Shown: positions 33,252 to 44,200, counted from the first letter of the stretch. The stretch is 64,000 nucleotides of DNA from an uncultured Candidatus Actinomarina sp. (GCA_902635945.1 CACPPU010000001.1:364955-428954), one strand, 5' to 3'. Numbers and translations: made by a program. The notes: generated by a model from the sequence alone, not told the origin.

Positions 33252-34357
33252 GCTAGATTAACTGTTTCTATTAATGTTTTGGAAATATATTTTTGCTTCT
33301 TTTTAGAAACATGCCTACCCATGGGTAAATAAAGACCATTTTCACCTAAATTTTCACTTATTTTAAATTCCCTATTACTTTTGTACTCTACTGGAAGAGC
33401 AGGTTGTAAGTGTAATGGATAAAAAAATGGCCTAGTTTCTATACCTTGTCTTTTTAATTCATTCATAACATAATCTCTTATACCTTGCTTTTTTAACAAA
33501 ACTCCATATACCCAATAGTGGTTAACAACTCCACCATGTTTACTGAGAGGCAGTTGAAGTAAGTTATCAAAACTAGATAAAAGCCTGGTGTAGTAGTTAC
33601 CTTGTTTTATTTTGAATTTGATTGTTTTTTCTAGCTTGCGTAGCTGAGAAATGCCCAAAGAAGCTTGCAGACCGCTTAATCTATAATTCCAATAGAAATT
33701 TTCATGTGAGAATCTTTTTTTATTGTCAAAATCTAAATTTCTTATTCTTTTTGCATTTTCATAAAAATCTTTTATGTCGGTTAGCACCATACCACCTTCA
33801 CCAGTAGTTATGTGTTTATTAGCATAAAAACTAAAAGTAGAAACATCACCATACGATCCACAAAGTTTATTGTTAACTATTTGACCATGTGCTTCAGCAG
33901 CATCTTCAATTAGATACAAATTATTTTCTTTACAAAAAGCGCTTATCTTATCAACTTCTGAGGCCAGTCCATAAGTATGTACAACTAAAACAGCCTTTGT
34001 TTTATTAGTTATGCTTTTTTTCACATCTTCAAGAGTCATGTTCCAGGTATCCGAATTAACGTCACAAAAAACTGGTTTCGCTCCTGAGCGTATCACTGAT
34101 GATAAGCATGAGATAATAGTAAATGAAGGAATGATAACCTCATCATCGTTTTGAAGATTTAGTATATTTAAAGCAACATCTAAAGCTACACTTCCGTTAC
34201 TTACGGCAACTCCATATTTTTTTTGAAAATTTGATGAGTATCTTTTTTCAAATTCACTTACTATTGGACTGGTTCCAGAAATATTATTTCTAATCAAAGC
34301 ATTTAAAACGCTTAGTGTGTCTCCAATAGATATCCTAGGCTTAAAAACGGGTATCAT
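33248..34357 (-). CDS. DegT/DnrJ/EryC1/StrS-family sugar aminotransferase (second copy)
   Basis: 369 aa. The SFYANKHITTGEGGMV and EDAAEAHG blocks are present. It converges on the previous gene with a 4-nt overlap. Confidence 0.8.
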   Translation of the reverse strand: MIPVFKPRISIGDTLSVLNALIRNNISGTSPIVSEFEKRYSSNFQKKYGVAVSNGSVALDVALNILNLQNDDEVIIPSFTIISCLSSVIRSGAKPVFCDVNSDTWNMTLEDVKKSITNKTKAVLVVHTYGLASEVDKISAFCKENNLYLIEDAAEAHGQIVNNKLCGSYGDVSTFSFYANKHITTGEGGMVLTDIKDFYENAKRIRNLDFDNKKRFSHENFYWNYRLSGLQASLGISQLRKLEKTIKFKIKQGNYYTRLLSSFDNLLQLPLSKHGGVVNHYWVYGVLLKKQGIRDYVMNELKRQGIETRPFFYPLHLQPALPVEYKSNREFKISENLGENGLYLPMGRHVSKKKQKYISKTLIETVNLA

Positions 34358-34366
34358 TTTAAAAAT

Positions 34367-34759
34367 TTAAAACCTAATCTTGTCAATATCATCTAAGTAA
34401 GGACCCTGTTTAACCTCTACAAACCTAGTGTTTGTATCAACAACAATTCCATGACCTCCTGAAATCATATTTATTAAATCACCATTTTTTAGAGTGACAG
34501 ACTGCACCAGTTCCTGCTGGCTATTAAAAAGATTTACTGTTAGCTGGCCATCTATAACAACAATTGCTTCTGAAGTAGAATAAACTTCTCTTTTTTGTGG
34601 TGGGTGATAATGGTTTTGAATAATTGTATCTTTTTCTAAATTAAAAGTTGCTACTTGAAATTCTGCATCATTCTCAGTAATGAAATTCTTTTCTATGTCT
34701 GACTCATTGTTTTTGACAACTATAGCTAATAAATTTTCATCTTTATCAAAAATTTTCAT
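34367..34759 (-). CDS. Cupin-fold protein, WxcM/FdtA-like sugar ketoisomerase candidate
   Basis: 130 aa. The small beta-barrel-like sequence has HYHPPQKREVY. Its position beside the DegT genes is typical of 3-amino-3,6-dideoxy-sugar pathways. Confidence 0.4.
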   Translation of the reverse strand: MKIFDKDENLLAIVVKNNESDIEKNFITENDAEFQVATFNLEKDTIIQNHYHPPQKREVYSTSEAIVVIDGQLTVNLFNSQQELVQSVTLKNGDLINMISGGHGIVVDTNTRFVEVKQGPYLDDIDKIRF

Positions 34760-35550
34760 TTGCTTCTCCTTCTACATTCATTAGCTGCCTTAATATATGG
34801 TATACCTCTCTTGATTAACTGTAAAACATTTGATGATGTTTTAGATTCTCCATGGATTCTTGTCTCACAAATGTATCCGTGCTCGATAATTTTTACTCCA
34901 TTATTTTCTAATGTACAAACCAAATTTATGAAATAGTCTCCGTAGTCTGCATCTGAAAATATTTTTTTATTAAAATATTTTTTCTTACCTATAACAAACC
35001 CGCTTGTTATGTCTTTTACATTTGTGTCCAATATAAATATTAAAAATTTATTAAACATTGTTGAAAATATCATTCCAAGAACTGAATCATTAGATCTGTA
35101 AACATTTCTAATTGCTGATATAGTTGATGTTTTTCCTAATTGCTTAATACCTTTGTACCCACCACCTTCGACAAATCTTGAACCTATAATTACATCTGAT
35201 GGATTTTCCAATTGTATTAAAATCATATTTAAAAGAACTGATGCAGGCATAGACCCATCAGCATCAAGCCAGCATACGTAACTGTTTTGTGAAGAATTTA
35301 TTCCATCATAAATAGACATGGGTAGAGAGGGCTTTGCTTTTCTACTAATTAATTTTATATTTTTTTTAAAAACCCCACTGTTAATGAGCTCGTGAGTATT
35401 GTCTGTTGAGCCATCGTCTACAACAAGAATTTCAAAATCTAAATTATCAATAGTATCTAAATTTTCAATCAATTCAGGGATAAGAAATCTTAAATTTTCA
35501 GCTTCATTTAAAGTTGGAAGTATTATTGATAAACCTGTTTTACTTTTCAT
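34756..35550 (-). CDS. GT2, Dpm1/Ppm1-like polyprenyl-phosphate sugar synthase
   Basis: Blocks LSIILPTLNEAENL, ILVVDDGSTDNT, WLDADGSMP and IIGSRFVEGGGYKG match dolichyl/polyprenyl-phosphate mannose synthase-type GT2 enzymes. Confidence 0.7.
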   Translation of the reverse strand: MKSKTGLSIILPTLNEAENLRFLIPELIENLDTIDNLDFEILVVDDGSTDNTHELINSGVFKKNIKLISRKAKPSLPMSIYDGINSSQNSYVCWLDADGSMPASVLLNMILIQLENPSDVIIGSRFVEGGGYKGIKQLGKTSTISAIRNVYRSNDSVLGMIFSTMFNKFLIFILDTNVKDITSGFVIGKKKYFNKKIFSDADYGDYFINLVCTLENNGVKIIEHGYICETRIHGESKTSSNVLQLIKRGIPYIKAANECRRRSK

Positions 35551-35594
35551 AATTAATAAGATAATTATATATCTTGATGAAGGTACTTAAGCGT

Positions 35595-36308
35595 TTATTT
35601 TTTTAATTCGACAATCAAAAGAAAACCAAAAAAATTAAAAAATACTTTATCAATAATTCTCATTAATTTATCAGAAAACTTAAAACTTATGAAAGATGTG
35701 AAAATTCCAAAATTTAAATATCTTTTTATTTCAATATCATCAAAATTCGATTCTTTAATAAGTTTTTTTAACTTTTTTGCATTAAATCTATTTATATGTT
35801 GGTTGTTGTAATTTAATTTACCAATTTTATTTAGAAGGATTTCTAACAAATACATGGCACCACCATAGTTTGGAGTAGTGAGGACTAACTTTCCATCTTT
35901 TTTTAAAATATCACAAAAGTTATCAAGCAATTCAAGTATTTTATTATCATCAATAAATTCTAAAAGTCCTAACACGGTTATGACATCAAAGTTATCTTTG
36001 TAATTATGGAAATTAAAATTATCAAACTTTATAAAATTTGCTTTGTCACCATAATTTGCTTGTGCATAATTAATTTGGGCATCAGAGATATCTGTACCAA
36101 TAGATTTTGAATCAAGATAAAGCCCAATAAAAGTTCCAGGCCCACAAGCATAATCTAGATGTAAATCATCACCTTTTAGATACTCGGAGACTTTTAAAAA
36201 AGTAGATCGATGCCAATTGGTTTGTAGTCCTTTTTTTTCTGACAAACCCTTTCTTTGTATTTTATCATAATACCCGGGCTCGATAACATCTTTCCAAAAG
36301 TCATTCAT
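35595..36308 (-). CDS. Class I SAM-dependent methyltransferase
   Basis: 237 aa. It has motif I LDYACGPGTF and a post-I acidic residue, with Rossmann-like periodicity. Confidence 0.7.
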   Translation of the reverse strand: MNDFWKDVIEPGYYDKIQRKGLSEKKGLQTNWHRSTFLKVSEYLKGDDLHLDYACGPGTFIGLYLDSKSIGTDISDAQINYAQANYGDKANFIKFDNFNFHNYKDNFDVITVLGLLEFIDDNKILELLDNFCDILKKDGKLVLTTPNYGGAMYLLEILLNKIGKLNYNNQHINRFNAKKLKKLIKESNFDDIEIKRYLNFGIFTSFISFKFSDKLMRIIDKVFFNFFGFLLIVELKK

Positions 36309-36436
36309 GATATATTAAAATAGAATAACATTTGTTTTTTGAAATTTTTTCATTTATTTATTTTAGACAAAAATTAATTAATAAATACTTATTATTATCA
36401 TTTAAAGGTATCCGATCTTATAAGGAATTAAACTAA

Positions 36437-38239
36437 ATGACTAAAACAAGCACTTTTCTTACAAAAATCTCAGGTTACGCCATCTTTCACGCATTTGCTT
36501 TACTCTCCTCCTTTATTATCTCTGAGCTTTATTTTTTCAGTACAAAAGGAGTAGACTTTCCAAATTATTTTCTTTATATACAATATTTTTTAAATGACAA
36601 TACAGAGTTATTAAATAATCATGGATTGTTTTTTTATTACATGAATCTAATAATGATTTATTTAAGAAGTTCCTCTCTAAATTCTATAAATGAAATAATA
36701 TTTTTTAATACTACGATTCAGACTACAAATTTACTTTTTTATATAGTTGGTACTTTAGGATTGTTTAAATTACTTAAAACCTATGGATATAAAAAAAATA
36801 CAATATACATGTCTTTATCTGTTCTACATTTTGTACCAAAAATAATTGAAATGCGTATTTTATTAAAGCCGGAAATTCTAGTATTTGCATTATTACCTTG
36901 GATAATTATCGGAATAAATAATTATTTTCAATTTAAAGATAGAAAGTTTTTATTTTTAAGTTTATTTCCTTTGTCATTGTTACTTACTGCAAAAGGTTCT
37001 ATTGCGGGAATGGTTATTCTTTTTTTACTTTTAATGTATAAATCAAAAGTTAGTAAGCAAAATATAAAAGAACTTTTAATATTTTTAATTATTTTTCTAA
37101 TAATGTGTTTTGCTCTGGGTTTTGAAAATTATAACGCTAACGAAATTAGCTTCTTCGAAGTTAGTACGACTAGCAATTATGATAATGTGGCTGAATTTAG
37201 TTTTCTATATAATCTTAATTTTTGGGATTTTTATTTTTCTCCCGTACTGGGTTCGCATAATGACTCTTTCTTAGGAATTACATTATTAGATACTTTTGGA
37301 GATTATTTTTTAGTAAATCTAAAAAGTAAAGATAATTATTTTACTTATTATCAGGTTGAGCCTTTTGAAAGCTTCAATAGACAGCATATTGAATTAATTT
37401 TTGCACTTATGTTTTATATTTTAATTTTTAAGACTTTAGAAAAAAAGACCGAAATCAACATATATTTAATATCTCCATTAATAGGTATCCTTATACTTTT
37501 AATGAACTCGTTTGGAATTCCTGATAAAAATTTTGACCCCACTAAAGGGGATACATTAAAAGTAAGTTATTATGGTTTTTTTATTGGTATATGTCTTGTA
37601 TTTCTACTTTGCGAATATTTGAATAAATATAAAATATTTGGAAATTTAATATCAATTATGCTCATTATTAGTTGTCTTTTTTTACTAGGTTTTCCAAAAA
37701 CTAATTACTCAGAAATAAATAACAATATTGATACAAAAATTCAAATTTCGCTATTTTGTAGACCTTTAAGTCTGGTAACTATGAATAGCCAGCCATCAGA
37801 TTGTAGAAGTATGGAGGTAAAAAGTTGCGAATACAATCTTTATTCAAATGAAGCTCAAAATACTATAGAAGAAGAAATCCCAGATGGTTTCACTAAAGTG
37901 TATAGAGAAGACACACTATCAGGAGAGATTGTGCCAAATAATGAATTATCAAATTTTATTAATGAAGGCGGCTATTCATTAACTCCAGTATTAAAAGAAA
38001 ATGAACTTAAGTATTTAAATCAGAATCAAACATTGTTGCTTGAAAAAGGAAGCTCGTTTATAAATGTATCAAGCATAAATGAATGTAAAGAAATGATTTC
38101 GCAAGGTTATGAGCCAAGTAACAATATAATTTTTAGTTTTAGAAAAATTCCAATTATCAATATTTTCTATGGTCTCATGACTGTATTTTTTATTTTTTTA
38201 TCGGTAAAAAAACGAAGTAATCGAATTGAAATTGTCTAA
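36437..38239 (+). CDS. Large polytopic membrane protein with a C-terminal extracytoplasmic domain (possible GT-C / polymerase-like)
   Basis: 600 aa with about 12 TM segments, then a soluble Cys-containing segment of about 150 aa and a terminal TM. No specific family recognised. Confidence 0.4.
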   Translation: MTKTSTFLTKISGYAIFHAFALLSSFIISELYFFSTKGVDFPNYFLYIQYFLNDNTELLNNHGLFFYYMNLIMIYLRSSSLNSINEIIFFNTTIQTTNLLFYIVGTLGLFKLLKTYGYKKNTIYMSLSVLHFVPKIIEMRILLKPEILVFALLPWIIIGINNYFQFKDRKFLFLSLFPLSLLLTAKGSIAGMVILFLLLMYKSKVSKQNIKELLIFLIIFLIMCFALGFENYNANEISFFEVSTTSNYDNVAEFSFLYNLNFWDFYFSPVLGSHNDSFLGITLLDTFGDYFLVNLKSKDNYFTYYQVEPFESFNRQHIELIFALMFYILIFKTLEKKTEINIYLISPLIGILILLMNSFGIPDKNFDPTKGDTLKVSYYGFFIGICLVFLLCEYLNKYKIFGNLISIMLIISCLFLLGFPKTNYSEINNNIDTKIQISLFCRPLSLVTMNSQPSDCRSMEVKSCEYNLYSNEAQNTIEEEIPDGFTKVYREDTLSGEIVPNNELSNFINEGGYSLTPVLKENELKYLNQNQTLLLEKGSSFINVSSINECKEMISQGYEPSNNIIFSFRKIPIINIFYGLMTVFFIFLSVKKRSNRIEIV

Positions 38240-38255
38240 ATTATTTATCAATTAT

Positions 38256-39203
38256 TTATTTTGAAATTAATGATTTGAGCATGATAAAAAACAACGAAAT
38301 TGGATATAAAGTTTTAAAAAAAGTCTTATTTTTTAAAGATTTCAAAAAATCTTTTACAACATTTATTTTATAATTATATGATAGGTAATATTTCTTATTA
38401 TAAATTTTTCTAAATACAGACTGAAAATATTCTGCATTTTCGTTTACTATACCCCTAAGTGCCCAAGGTTTGAATTTCCCATTAAAATGTAACAAAGAAA
38501 TATCATTTATTGCTTTTCTTTCAATTTCTGTTGATAAAATATTTTGTTCCATATCAATTTTATAGTTCAAATGCCAATGTAATTCAGTATATTCACCATC
38601 AAAGGCAATATTTAAGATGTCCTGATCCCAATAAAGTAATTTATCATTAAATTTTAAAAGTATTTCGATAAATTTATTCTTCAGATTATTCATCTTCCAT
38701 TTTTTGTAGTCAATAACCATTACACCGGCATTAAAATATTCATTACTTTTCATATTTAAATTTTTGCCATGCTCAGTTAACGATGGTTCGGAAGATACGG
38801 AGATCGTTGCATTCATAACATTCATTGCTTCAATAGTTTTATTAATTAAGTCAACTGGATTATTGACACAAAATACATCACAGTCTAGATATGTTACATA
38901 ATCAATCTCATCATTTAAATAATCTTCTAAAAAAAGTCTATAATATGTTGCCTCACTTATATGGGTACCATTTATGTTTGGAAAATCAAAATTATCAAGA
39001 TTTACTTGGCTTACTACTAGTTTTTTAAGCATTTTATGATTTTTTACAACTTCCGGAATTTTTTCATCATTTCTAAAATCTTTATGCATAATATAAATAT
39101 TGACTCTTTCATCAACGCATTCCAAAAGTGAAAACATAGAACAGAATGCGGGAATGTTGTAGTTTGAATCAAAACAGTAAAGAAAGTTGAGCATCTGAAT
39201 CAA
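38256..39203 (-). CDS. GT8-family retaining glycosyltransferase (LgtC/RfaJ-like)
   Basis: N-terminal YCFDSNYNIPAFCSMFSLL, the DxD block YLDCDVFC, then NAGVMVID and HFNGKFKPW. This is the GT8 pattern. Confidence 0.7.
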   Translation of the reverse strand: MIQMLNFLYCFDSNYNIPAFCSMFSLLECVDERVNIYIMHKDFRNDEKIPEVVKNHKMLKKLVVSQVNLDNFDFPNINGTHISEATYYRLFLEDYLNDEIDYVTYLDCDVFCVNNPVDLINKTIEAMNVMNATISVSSEPSLTEHGKNLNMKSNEYFNAGVMVIDYKKWKMNNLKNKFIEILLKFNDKLLYWDQDILNIAFDGEYTELHWHLNYKIDMEQNILSTEIERKAINDISLLHFNGKFKPWALRGIVNENAEYFQSVFRKIYNKKYYLSYNYKINVVKDFLKSLKNKTFFKTLYPISLFFIMLKSLISK

Positions 39204-39345
39204 GTATCCTGAGTAAATAATTTATATCTATTCATGAGATTATTAGTAAACTAATCCTTTCAATTTTTCTTACTAGAAAATAGTAATCATAATATGAGAT
39301 TACCAAACAAAAAAAGAAGCCATATAAAAAATTAAAGTAAATAAA

Positions 39346-40095
39346 TTATAAAGTCTTTTGATTCATGCCTTCATTCAAATCATAGTAAAGAAGTGGCTCT
39401 GAGAAGTAATAGCAATCTGTATGAGTCAATAAACCTAGCCAGCAATCATAATCAGCAGCCATTTTTTTTCCCTGCAAGTCTCTAAAATTTCCAATTCTAT
39501 TTAATAATTTCTTTTCAACAACAACGCTTGAGGTAATTATGCAATTGTGAATTTTTAAAAATTTAGAATTCCAAACCTGAGGAAATTCAAATTTATAACT
39601 CAAGTTTCTAGTAAAAATATCCTTGAGGGATGAATTTTTATATATTTTAGATATTTCTTGAAACATAAGCTCTTGATTGTATAGTTTGTTTTCTACATCT
39701 TTCTTAAATACTCCATTATTTGCAAAAGCATCAGAACAAGTCATCTTAAAATCTTCAGTTTCGAGTTTAGAAATTTGTAGTTCTAATTTATTAGTCATCC
39801 AGTAGTCATCATCATCTAAAAAAGAAATATATTTTGCGGTTGAAATTTCTATACCATGGTTTCTAATATTGTCAGAAAAATATCCTTTTTTTTCAACTGA
39901 ATTCTTACTCAAGTTGATTAATTTAACATTTTTTCCAAAATTTTTTTTATAGTATCTTTCATCATTTGATGCATCGTTAACAATAATTATTTCGAAATCT
40001 TGCAAAGTTTGGTTGTTAACGCTTTCAATAGCACTTAATAAGCTGTCAAATCTATCATAAGAAGGAATAATTACACTTACTAATGGTTTTGCCAC
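39346..40095 (-). CDS. GT2-family glycosyltransferase
   Basis: VSVIIPSYDRFDSLLSAIESVNNQT, IIIVNDASND and FLDDDDYW are present. Confidence 0.75.
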   Translation of the reverse strand: MAKPLVSVIIPSYDRFDSLLSAIESVNNQTLQDFEIIIVNDASNDERYYKKNFGKNVKLINLSKNSVEKKGYFSDNIRNHGIEISTAKYISFLDDDDYWMTNKLELQISKLETEDFKMTCSDAFANNGVFKKDVENKLYNQELMFQEISKIYKNSSLKDIFTRNLSYKFEFPQVWNSKFLKIHNCIITSSVVVEKKLLNRIGNFRDLQGKKMAADYDCWLGLLTHTDCYYFSEPLLYYDLNEGMNQKTL

Positions 40096-40134
40096 ATTCT
40101 TATACTACATAATTTTTTACTGTTACTTTGTAAA

Positions 40135-41847
40135 TTATTCTTTAAAAGCAAAGTAAAAATATCCCTTCTTTTTAATAATTATATCGCCCTCTTCTACTGA
40201 ACATCTCAAATCAATCCAACATCTATCGCCATTTTCAGGTTTAACCCAATCAAGATTAGATATATCTGTATATTTAATATTTGTTCGGGGATCGGCTAAA
40301 GATATGTTTTTAGTTTCAATAAAATTTATATATGAATTTAATCTTGGAAGTAACCCTAGCGAAATTAAAAAGAGGACATATATAACTACCTTGCTAATTG
40401 GGAACCTAAATTCCTTAGCTGTAAACCCAAGAAATAAGATAAAGGTACACAAAAAACCAATTGTATATCTGGGTATAGGTCCAAAAAATATTAAATATGT
40501 TGCAGAAACAAGTAAGTAAGAAAACGGAATTATAAAAAATTTGTTTTTAATACTCTTGTTTTTTAAAAATATTATTTTCAATATCAAAACAAGTAACAGA
40601 GAGATAAAGAAATTTAAATATACAGATTTATAATAATTTGAAAAAACTGAATATGTTTCAGAGAAAAAGAATTCTTGAAACCAATTTATTAAGCTTAATT
40701 CCGGATCTAGAAAATATTCCATATATGCAAAGCTTGTAGCTGTAGTATATTCTTCTATTTTCTCTGTAGACCCAGATACATACCAATCAAAATTGTTTTT
40801 GCATGTCAATGAAAGCGGAAAAACTAAACATCCTGTAGTTAAGTAGTTTTTTATAATCCATATAAAAGTGAATATTGCCACAGGCAAATGGTAGATTAAC
40901 AAATTCTTAATATTAAAAACGTTTTTTCTTACTATAAAATAAATTAAAAATATATATAAATAAAGAATATAAACTCCGCTAACTTTGAGTTGGATTATAA
41001 ACATTGCCAACAGGGTGATACAAATAAAATCTAAAACTTGAACGCTGTCCTTTTTAAACTGGTAAATAATTAGGAGACTTGTAACACTTAGTAGTATTGC
41101 TACTGGAATATCTTGTTTTCCCACTTCTTGTATATATAAAAATCCATTCCGACCACCCTGTAAGCCAAAATTATCAAGTATTGAAAATAATATCAAAAAT
41201 AATGATGCGTTTCTTAAAGCGGTTTTTTTTGATGTAAATAAATGAAAATATATAAAAGAATAAAAAAAATGTATAAATATTAATGACAAATAATGAAGGT
41301 AAACTAATGATCCTTCAATCCAAAGTATTGAAGATAGATACTCATATATAGATGACATTCCAAAAGGCCAAAAAATATTGACAAAACCAATAACTAAATT
41401 AGATTCTCGCAACCAATTTTGATTATTTAAATGATAATATGCTGCGTCATAATGAAAATTTATATCCGATGCACTTACTAATAAAACTGTAGGAATTAAA
41501 ATATAGTAAAAAATATTATTTAATAAAATTTTTTTATTTAGATTTATTTCAAAATCTAATTCAAATAAATTTGGTAAAAGTGCTCCAAACAAAAATATAA
41601 GTATCAATTTACTGTTTAGAGGTATGAAAAAATTAATCAAAATCAATAAATTGCCAACAAATACTGCTCCCATTACTGGGTAAAAAATATTTGATTTAGT
41701 TTCGAGTAAAGTTTTTGGTAATTGTAAATTTTGCGTAAAGAGTTTTAGTGTTGCTATTAACAACGACCTCCCTGAAAAATATAAATAAATATAGAGAATG
41801 AAGTACTTTAACAAATTTGTTAAAGAAAAAATAATTAAGTCAATCAT
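40135..41847 (-). CDS. Large polytopic membrane protein, unknown family; paralogue of 53474-55108
   Basis: 570 aa. Blocks shared with the 544-aa protein are FHYDAAYYHLNNQ / FHYDAGLYHLNNQ, GGRNGFLYIQEVGKQD / GGRNGLIYIQGIGKQD and C-terminal GDRCWIDLRCS / GDQCWANIECS. Confidence 0.5.
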   Translation of the reverse strand: MIDLIIFSLTNLLKYFILYIYLYFSGRSLLIATLKLFTQNLQLPKTLLETKSNIFYPVMGAVFVGNLLILINFFIPLNSKLILIFLFGALLPNLFELDFEINLNKKILLNNIFYYILIPTVLLVSASDINFHYDAAYYHLNNQNWLRESNLVIGFVNIFWPFGMSSIYEYLSSILWIEGSLVYLHYLSLIFIHFFYSFIYFHLFTSKKTALRNASLFLILFSILDNFGLQGGRNGFLYIQEVGKQDIPVAILLSVTSLLIIYQFKKDSVQVLDFICITLLAMFIIQLKVSGVYILYLYIFLIYFIVRKNVFNIKNLLIYHLPVAIFTFIWIIKNYLTTGCLVFPLSLTCKNNFDWYVSGSTEKIEEYTTATSFAYMEYFLDPELSLINWFQEFFFSETYSVFSNYYKSVYLNFFISLLLVLILKIIFLKNKSIKNKFFIIPFSYLLVSATYLIFFGPIPRYTIGFLCTFILFLGFTAKEFRFPISKVVIYVLFLISLGLLPRLNSYINFIETKNISLADPRTNIKYTDISNLDWVKPENGDRCWIDLRCSVEEGDIIIKKKGYFYFAFKE

Positions 41848-43402
41848 ATGAAGTTTTTTTCCTAACTACCAAAAAAAATAGATAAGGTATTAGTAAGTAT
41901 AAAAACAATAACTTATACCAAGAGAATTTAATTGAATTTGTTACTAAGTTTAATATTTCAGGTGATATTTCAATAAAATTACTAAACAACTCGATAGGGT
42001 CTATAAATATGTTTAAAAATTTGATAATTAATACTCCTAAAAATGAAGTAAATATTATATGCATATAAGCATTTATCATAAATAATGCATCAAACAATCC
42101 AGATAAGTATTCAGGATTTGCATATCTTGTGTTCATTCCAAAACTATTAATAACATAGTCATTCGATAGTGATGTTGCTTCGGTTGTTTCAAAAAATAAA
42201 TATAACAAGAATCCAATAATTGAGAAAACATATAAATAATTTTTAATAATCGAGTAGTTATGAAGATATTTAAAATACAAAATAATATTTATAGGTATTA
42301 ATACATATAGATATCTGTACCCATAAGAAAATGCTGTGTTTTGTGTGACTACTACAGATATAAGCGGAACAGAATATGTAAAAATCAAAATTAAAGTTAG
42401 TAAATAATTCTTATTAATTATTGTATTCATAAATAAAATAACAGATAAAAATAAAATTGGTGCAAAAAAGAAGATACCGAACTCTTGGCTGAATAAAATT
42501 ATCCTAACTCCATCAATAATAAAAACAATATTTTCAAGAAACATACTTGTATCAAAAAATCTTGAATAATTATCAGAAAAACTATTTTCAATGGATAACA
42601 ATATTGGAGCTTGATTCAAGGTATAAATTCCATATAGATATTTTGTATGCAATAAAAATAAGAAAAGGCCGCTTATTAGACCAAAACAAAACGATGCTTT
42701 GGTGTAAAAATCTTTTAATGAAACATTTGATATAAAATAAATAATCATTGGAATGATAAAAAATAAATAATTAATCCATCTGATTGTCAAAAATAAGAAC
42801 ATAAGAAAACCAATTATAAAATTTATATACTTTACCTTATTGTGTTTTCTAAATTCTATTGACTTTGTAGATAGGTAAATTAAACAAGCTGTCGCAAAAA
42901 CTTCATATACATGACTCATACTAAATCTATCAAAAGCATAGAAAGAAATTCCGGTACCAAAAATTGATAAGATCAAAAGACTTTTATTATATGGAATCTT
43001 TAATGACTTCATAGAGTTTTGAATGAAAAGAATTGAAACTACAAGATAAAAAATAGGAGAAATAGAATATAAAAAGTAAACGGAACTTACTAGTTCACTA
43101 TTGCCAAAAGCTTTATCAAAAATATTGCCAAAAAAAATAAACGGTGATGAAAGAATGCCTGAACCTATTGGATGAAAAGGAACAACTTTCTTTACCTCTT
43201 TATTTAAATACCTGTTTTCAACACCCTCCATTTGATTAGAAAAGTCAAGATCAAAGTCTAAACCTATAGTTGCAGCTGAATAATAATATTCAGCATCATC
43301 AACCTCTAAACCATAAGGTATTTCATTAAATCTATAGTCAATTTTTAACAATGAAAAAATAACTGTTAATAAAACAAAAAAATATACGCTCTTTATTTTC
43401 AT
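41840..43402 (-). CDS. Large polytopic membrane protein, GT-C-like candidate
   Basis: 520 aa with more than 10 TM segments. The first loop carries an acidic DDAEYYYSAATIGLDFDLDF block like GT-C catalytic loops. It overlaps the downstream gene by 8 nt. Confidence 0.45.
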   Translation of the reverse strand: MKIKSVYFFVLLTVIFSLLKIDYRFNEIPYGLEVDDAEYYYSAATIGLDFDLDFSNQMEGVENRYLNKEVKKVVPFHPIGSGILSSPFIFFGNIFDKAFGNSELVSSVYFLYSISPIFYLVVSILFIQNSMKSLKIPYNKSLLILSIFGTGISFYAFDRFSMSHVYEVFATACLIYLSTKSIEFRKHNKVKYINFIIGFLMFLFLTIRWINYLFFIIPMIIYFISNVSLKDFYTKASFCFGLISGLFLFLLHTKYLYGIYTLNQAPILLSIENSFSDNYSRFFDTSMFLENIVFIIDGVRIILFSQEFGIFFFAPILFLSVILFMNTIINKNYLLTLILIFTYSVPLISVVVTQNTAFSYGYRYLYVLIPINIILYFKYLHNYSIIKNYLYVFSIIGFLLYLFFETTEATSLSNDYVINSFGMNTRYANPEYLSGLFDALFMINAYMHIIFTSFLGVLIIKFLNIFIDPIELFSNFIEISPEILNLVTNSIKFSWYKLLFLYLLIPYLFFLVVRKKTSYD

Positions 43403-43480
43403 ATTAAATGTTTAGATTTAATCATATTAGTGACTAAAGCACTATGATTACTTAAAAAGAGAAAATCTTTAATAAATTTA

Positions 43481-44200
43481 ATGAAAGAAAAGATACAAAT
43501 TGTAACACCTGTTTACAATGAAGAAAAAAATATATACTCAACAATAAAAAGTTTCTTTATTGAATATGAAAACAGTGATTTTGAAATTTCATTCATAATC
43601 TCAGAAGATGGTTCAACGGACAATTCAATAAAAATTATCAAGGAACTGCAGAAAGATTATGAAATAAAACTTCTTAGTAGTCGAGAAAGAAAAAATTATA
43701 CAGATGCTGTGTTAATTGGTTTAAGAAGTACTAGTTCAGAAATAGTTTCGTTTGTTGATTCTGATGGTCAATATGATGCAAAAGACTTAAAAAGATTATT
43801 TAATGAACTAAAACCTGGAAGGGTTGTTATTGGTTATCGACACCCTAGAGTTGATAACATTTTTCGACTATTGATTTCTGGATCATTTAAAAAATTATAC
43901 GAAATTTTATTAAAAATTAAACTAAACGACCCTTCTTGTGGTTACTTTATGGCTTATAGAGAGGATATACAGGCGATTATAAATAAAGAGGGAATTGGTT
44001 TAATCAAAGAAGGATTCTGGTGGGAATTTTATGCATGGTGCTTCAAAAGAAACCTGGAAATAGTTGAAATACCAATAAAACACTTTAATAGAAAATATGA
44101 CAACACCGTAGTCTTTAAAGCAAGTAAAATTCCTGGAATAGCTATTAGAAATATAAGAGGTTTACTAAAATTAAAAAAAGTTTTAAATAGTAATTTTTAA
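43481..44200 (+). CDS. GT2, GtrB/ArnC/Dpm1-like polyprenyl-phosphate sugar synthase
   Basis: QIVTPVYNEEKNI, ISEDGSTDNS, FVDSDGQYD and the following GYRHPRVDN region are present. Confidence 0.65.
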   Translation: MKEKIQIVTPVYNEEKNIYSTIKSFFIEYENSDFEISFIISEDGSTDNSIKIIKELQKDYEIKLLSSRERKNYTDAVLIGLRSTSSEIVSFVDSDGQYDAKDLKRLFNELKPGRVVIGYRHPRVDNIFRLLISGSFKKLYEILLKIKLNDPSCGYFMAYREDIQAIINKEGIGLIKEGFWWEFYAWCFKRNLEIVEIPIKHFNRKYDNTVVFKASKIPGIAIRNIRGLLKLKKVLNSNF

